64,000 bases of DNA from assembly GCF_009914755.1 (NCBI RefSeq), contig NC_060930.1; one strand, written 5' to 3'. Each line of letters opens with the position of its first letter. Position 1 is the first letter of the stretch. The position numbers and the translations under genes were made by a program. Origin of the DNA: the human T2T-CHM13v2.0 reference genome, Homo sapiens. The notes under the pieces are model-generated. The model ran no database searches, was not told the DNA's origin, and worked only from the letters and a program-made list of their open reading frames with translations. Positions 60,760-64,000 of this stretch are shown one piece after another.

Positions 60760-61870
60760 CCATATGGAGTGGGTACTGTCTATCAAGTGAGACTTGGCAG
60801 TAGCTGCAGGAGCAGCAGCATCAAGAGTGAGCACACTGATGAAAACAGAAGAGGAGCTGCAGATCAGATTTCTTCAGGAGGAGGAAGGAAGTAATAGGTC
60901 AAGGGAAGGAGAAGCAGCAGACAGAGAAAAAACTGGCCAGAGTAGTAGCAGAAGATCTAAGGAGGATGGGGAAGCAGAGGGCTTTACAAAAAGCATCATG
61001 AACAGTGTTGTATGCTGAAGGGAGACTGAATGCAGGGGAGACTCAGAGTGCCTGGAATAAGCAACAAAGAGGTTCATAAGCCAAGTGGAATGACTCAGTC
61101 ATAAGACAGTAAGGATACCTGAAAGACCACACTCTTTGGAGAAGTATCCCAAAGAAGAGAGGGTGATATGGAATCAGGGAGAGAGACACTGGGAGAAGAG
61201 CCTCTCTTCTTGAAAAGGCACATGGAGAAAGAGGGAGGCATGGGTAAATATGGTTTATTTTTCCTGGGCCCTGGGAAGTTAAAGGAGTTCCCACCAGATG
61301 GTCCTGACTTAATGAGATAATTTAGTGGTGCGAAGGAAGGCTGAGAAGAACGTTGCAAGTCTGTGGATACTGAAGGGAAGAGAGAGGCCCCACAGCAGCT
61401 GAGAACCACGTGTAGTGAGCATGAATTTGTACTGGGCTGATTTTCGTGATTACAGGATGTTTTTTAGCATTGAAGAACTTAATGTTTAGTGTTCTGCTGT
61501 CCTGGAGGTAAGAATAGAGAAGGCAACGTGGATGTTAAGCTAGAGCTACGTATGAGAGTTATTGCAAACAGAGGAGGAAAGGCAAGTTTAAGTGAAATAG
61601 TCACTCAGATGGGATGACCAATCGTAGTGTCTACAACTGATAGGACTTGGAAATTGACTAAGGAAACTGATGACCTGGGAGGAAACAAAGTCATTCGAGG
61701 GAGCAGTGGTCTGAAGAAGTTTATGGGGAGTGAGAACTTGAAACTCACCTAACAGTGGGGTTGCAAGGCTATGGTCAAGATGTTGGACTCTGAGGTTCTG
61801 ATGATGAGGTTCAGTGCCTTAGGCCGGGTGACTTAAGAGGAGTGGAGTTGGAGATCAGGAAATCACAGGC
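60760..61870 (-). mobile_element. Degenerate L2-like remnant
   Basis: Purine-rich antisense L2-like composition and motifs (GATGTTGGACTCTGAGGTTCTGATGATG). Very diverged. Confidence 0.4.
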
Positions 61871-64000
61871 TGACACCCCAACGCCAAACTTCAATCCACA
61901 GCTCTAGGTTGGGTGGCACTTGCCTGAGGTTTGCGCTGACATCTTTCACAAAGCTTCTCATGTCCCTCCCTCTCCCTTGGCCACAGGTTGACTTCATCTC
62001 CTGTGTCCTCAAGATTTCCTGCATATTCCTGTTTGTTCTCATGTTCTCAAATCCTTAATTCCATCAAGCATCCAAGAACCTTGACATAAGAACAACAACA
62101 GAAAAACACATCAAACATTAGTTCAGGGACATTGAAAGAAAAACAACTTAAAAATTAGTTACGAATTACACAGGTAAATAATGGATGATACAGAAAGTTT
62201 TAACCATCTTCTACCTAAGCTAACAATTTAGATTTTTCCCTGTGCAGTGGTAAGTCTTCCCTGCCAATATTCATCCGGTCATCAAATTACTAGCTATGTT
62301 GAGTCTAGACACAGAAACCAGGACCTAAGTCCTAAGAATCTCACCATACGACACGCATGGTGTGCATCTGGTCCCCGCAAGATGATCCCAACCTGGTGGC
62401 CCATTACTGGCCATCTAAATGGAAGTTAATGTTTCCATGCCATTGTCACTATTCAAAGGACACATGGAGAAATTACAAATGGCTACAATCTTAAGTCATC
62501 AGCCCATCTTCTTTTAAAAAGTAAATAAGACTCTTTTTTTTTCTCCCAGCTGCTCAGTCACTTTTTGTGACAGAAATGCCGTGTCATTATCCTTCAATGT
62601 GAACTCCACAGGAAGGCTGAAAATGAACTAAAGAGCTTGGAAAATGTGGCTTGGTCAAGATCTACCTATCGGCAAGCACTCGAGCAATGTCTGAGTGGCC
62701 TGGTAATGGAGCCCCTCACAGAGCCTGTCACCAGCCAATCACAGGCATCACTCGGAGGCATTTTCCCTTGGACGTAGCCAGCATCCTGTTTCTTCAAGTT
62801 CAAAAACTAAAGCTTCCATATACCCCACCCTCTCAACGGAGAAGCTGAATGTAAACTGTCCGTGCTAGGAAATGTGGTAACAAGCAGTGAGTAATGAAGG
62901 GTCCCCGGCTTGCTGCCTCAGTATTTCCCTGACTATTCTTTTTTCTTTCTATCATCCCTTTCTTTTAACTGGCATTCGTTTTCTGAACTATTTTCCGTGA
63001 CAGATGCTTAACCTTCACTTTGCTTTCCTGAAACGTGGCCTGGAGAATCAGGTCTTTTCAATATGCTCTATGTGTTTTTCCCCCTCTGCCAACATTAGTA
63101 TTTGAAAAAAATTTGGGGACCGCATAAAGCTGGCAGGACAGAGCCATCCACACCATATTTCTTTGTTATTTGTGCTTAATATATTGTTGGCAGCCTTGTC
63201 TGTTTTAGCTTGTTGGCAGGATTTGGTCTCTCTTTCCCTGGCACTATTCCCTCATTTTTGAACATGCAGGGAAATTTATTTAGAGAGCTTTCCAACAGTC
63301 CATTTTTAGACCCATGGATGTAAAACTCACCAGTCGACCCTGTTCCATCAAACGGCCAAGAAGCAGTCCTCATTGTAATTAATCATTACAATAATCATTA
63401 ATAATTACTGACATGCACATAAGTTTTGAATCTTAAAAACACAACATATATTTGCAACTTGCATAATGTCTCAGTAAAAACCTTCAGAAGACACTTGTGG
63501 CAAAGTGCAGAATCTCACAGTGAACTAGCAGCTGAGAGGCCATGAGGAGGCAGAACGCATTTGACAAAACGCAAAACGCCTTGAAATGCAGAAGAGTTTG
63601 GCAACATGCAGCTATGACAGTGAACTCTAGTATTTGTTGCATTTGGTTTTAGCTCATTATAAAGAAAATGTGTTGCAAATCAGGTAGAAGAAGCTGCTCC
63701 CTAATAATTAAAGCATGTGTCCTAAACAGGTAGTCAATTTCTTGACCGGAGGCGACCTTGAGCTGATAGCACATGTCAGTTCAGAGGATGTAGTGCAAGG
63801 AGTGAATTTCATCAGTTCTATATAAAAAGAGATTTCACCTTGATCACTGCTGTCTGCTTAATGGTTGTTCCAGTTCACATCTCATTTTATTAACAGAAAT
63901 TTAGAGAAAAAAAATTGAAACTGGTGAAAAAAATTCATCAAAATGGAAAATCAGTCACTGGCATCCCCTACTGCAGCCCCACTATACTTGAGCTAACAAC

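Noticed and set aside
62200-64000. Repeat-free block as a conserved enhancer
   Set aside because: Plausible, but conservation cannot be judged from a single sequence and no motif cluster is distinctive enough.

Overview
Primate DNA, almost certainly human: it contains an AluYb-lineage element, an AluYc1-type element, an SVA_C-like element and an L1PA2. The window is AT-rich and dense in repeats. I recognise no host protein-coding exon, tRNA or rRNA. Every ORF with recognisable homology is an L1 ORF1/ORF2 fragment; the rest look like repeat-derived or chance ORFs. Main content: (1) a THE1 solo LTR split by a 2.87-kb AluY+SVA+L1PA6-like cassette enclosed by ONE 17-bp target-site duplication (TSD); (2) a full-length but coding-dead L1PA2 (49901-55913, minus strand); (3) an L1PA3-like 3' end inserted into an older L1 and joined in perfect homologous register; (4) an atypical AluYb element; (5) many older LTR, DNA-transposon, L1M, L2 and MIR remnants, and a 17-bp C-rich minisatellite. 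Several plus-strand LTRs keep DUX4-type motifs and splice donors, and strong plus-strand splice sites lie downstream of them, including a recursive-splice-like AG|GT site. This suggests, but does not show, a TE-assembled plus-strand non-coding transcription unit. Subfamily calls come from remembered consensus diagnostics, not from a RepeatMasker run. Boundaries of old elements are approximate.
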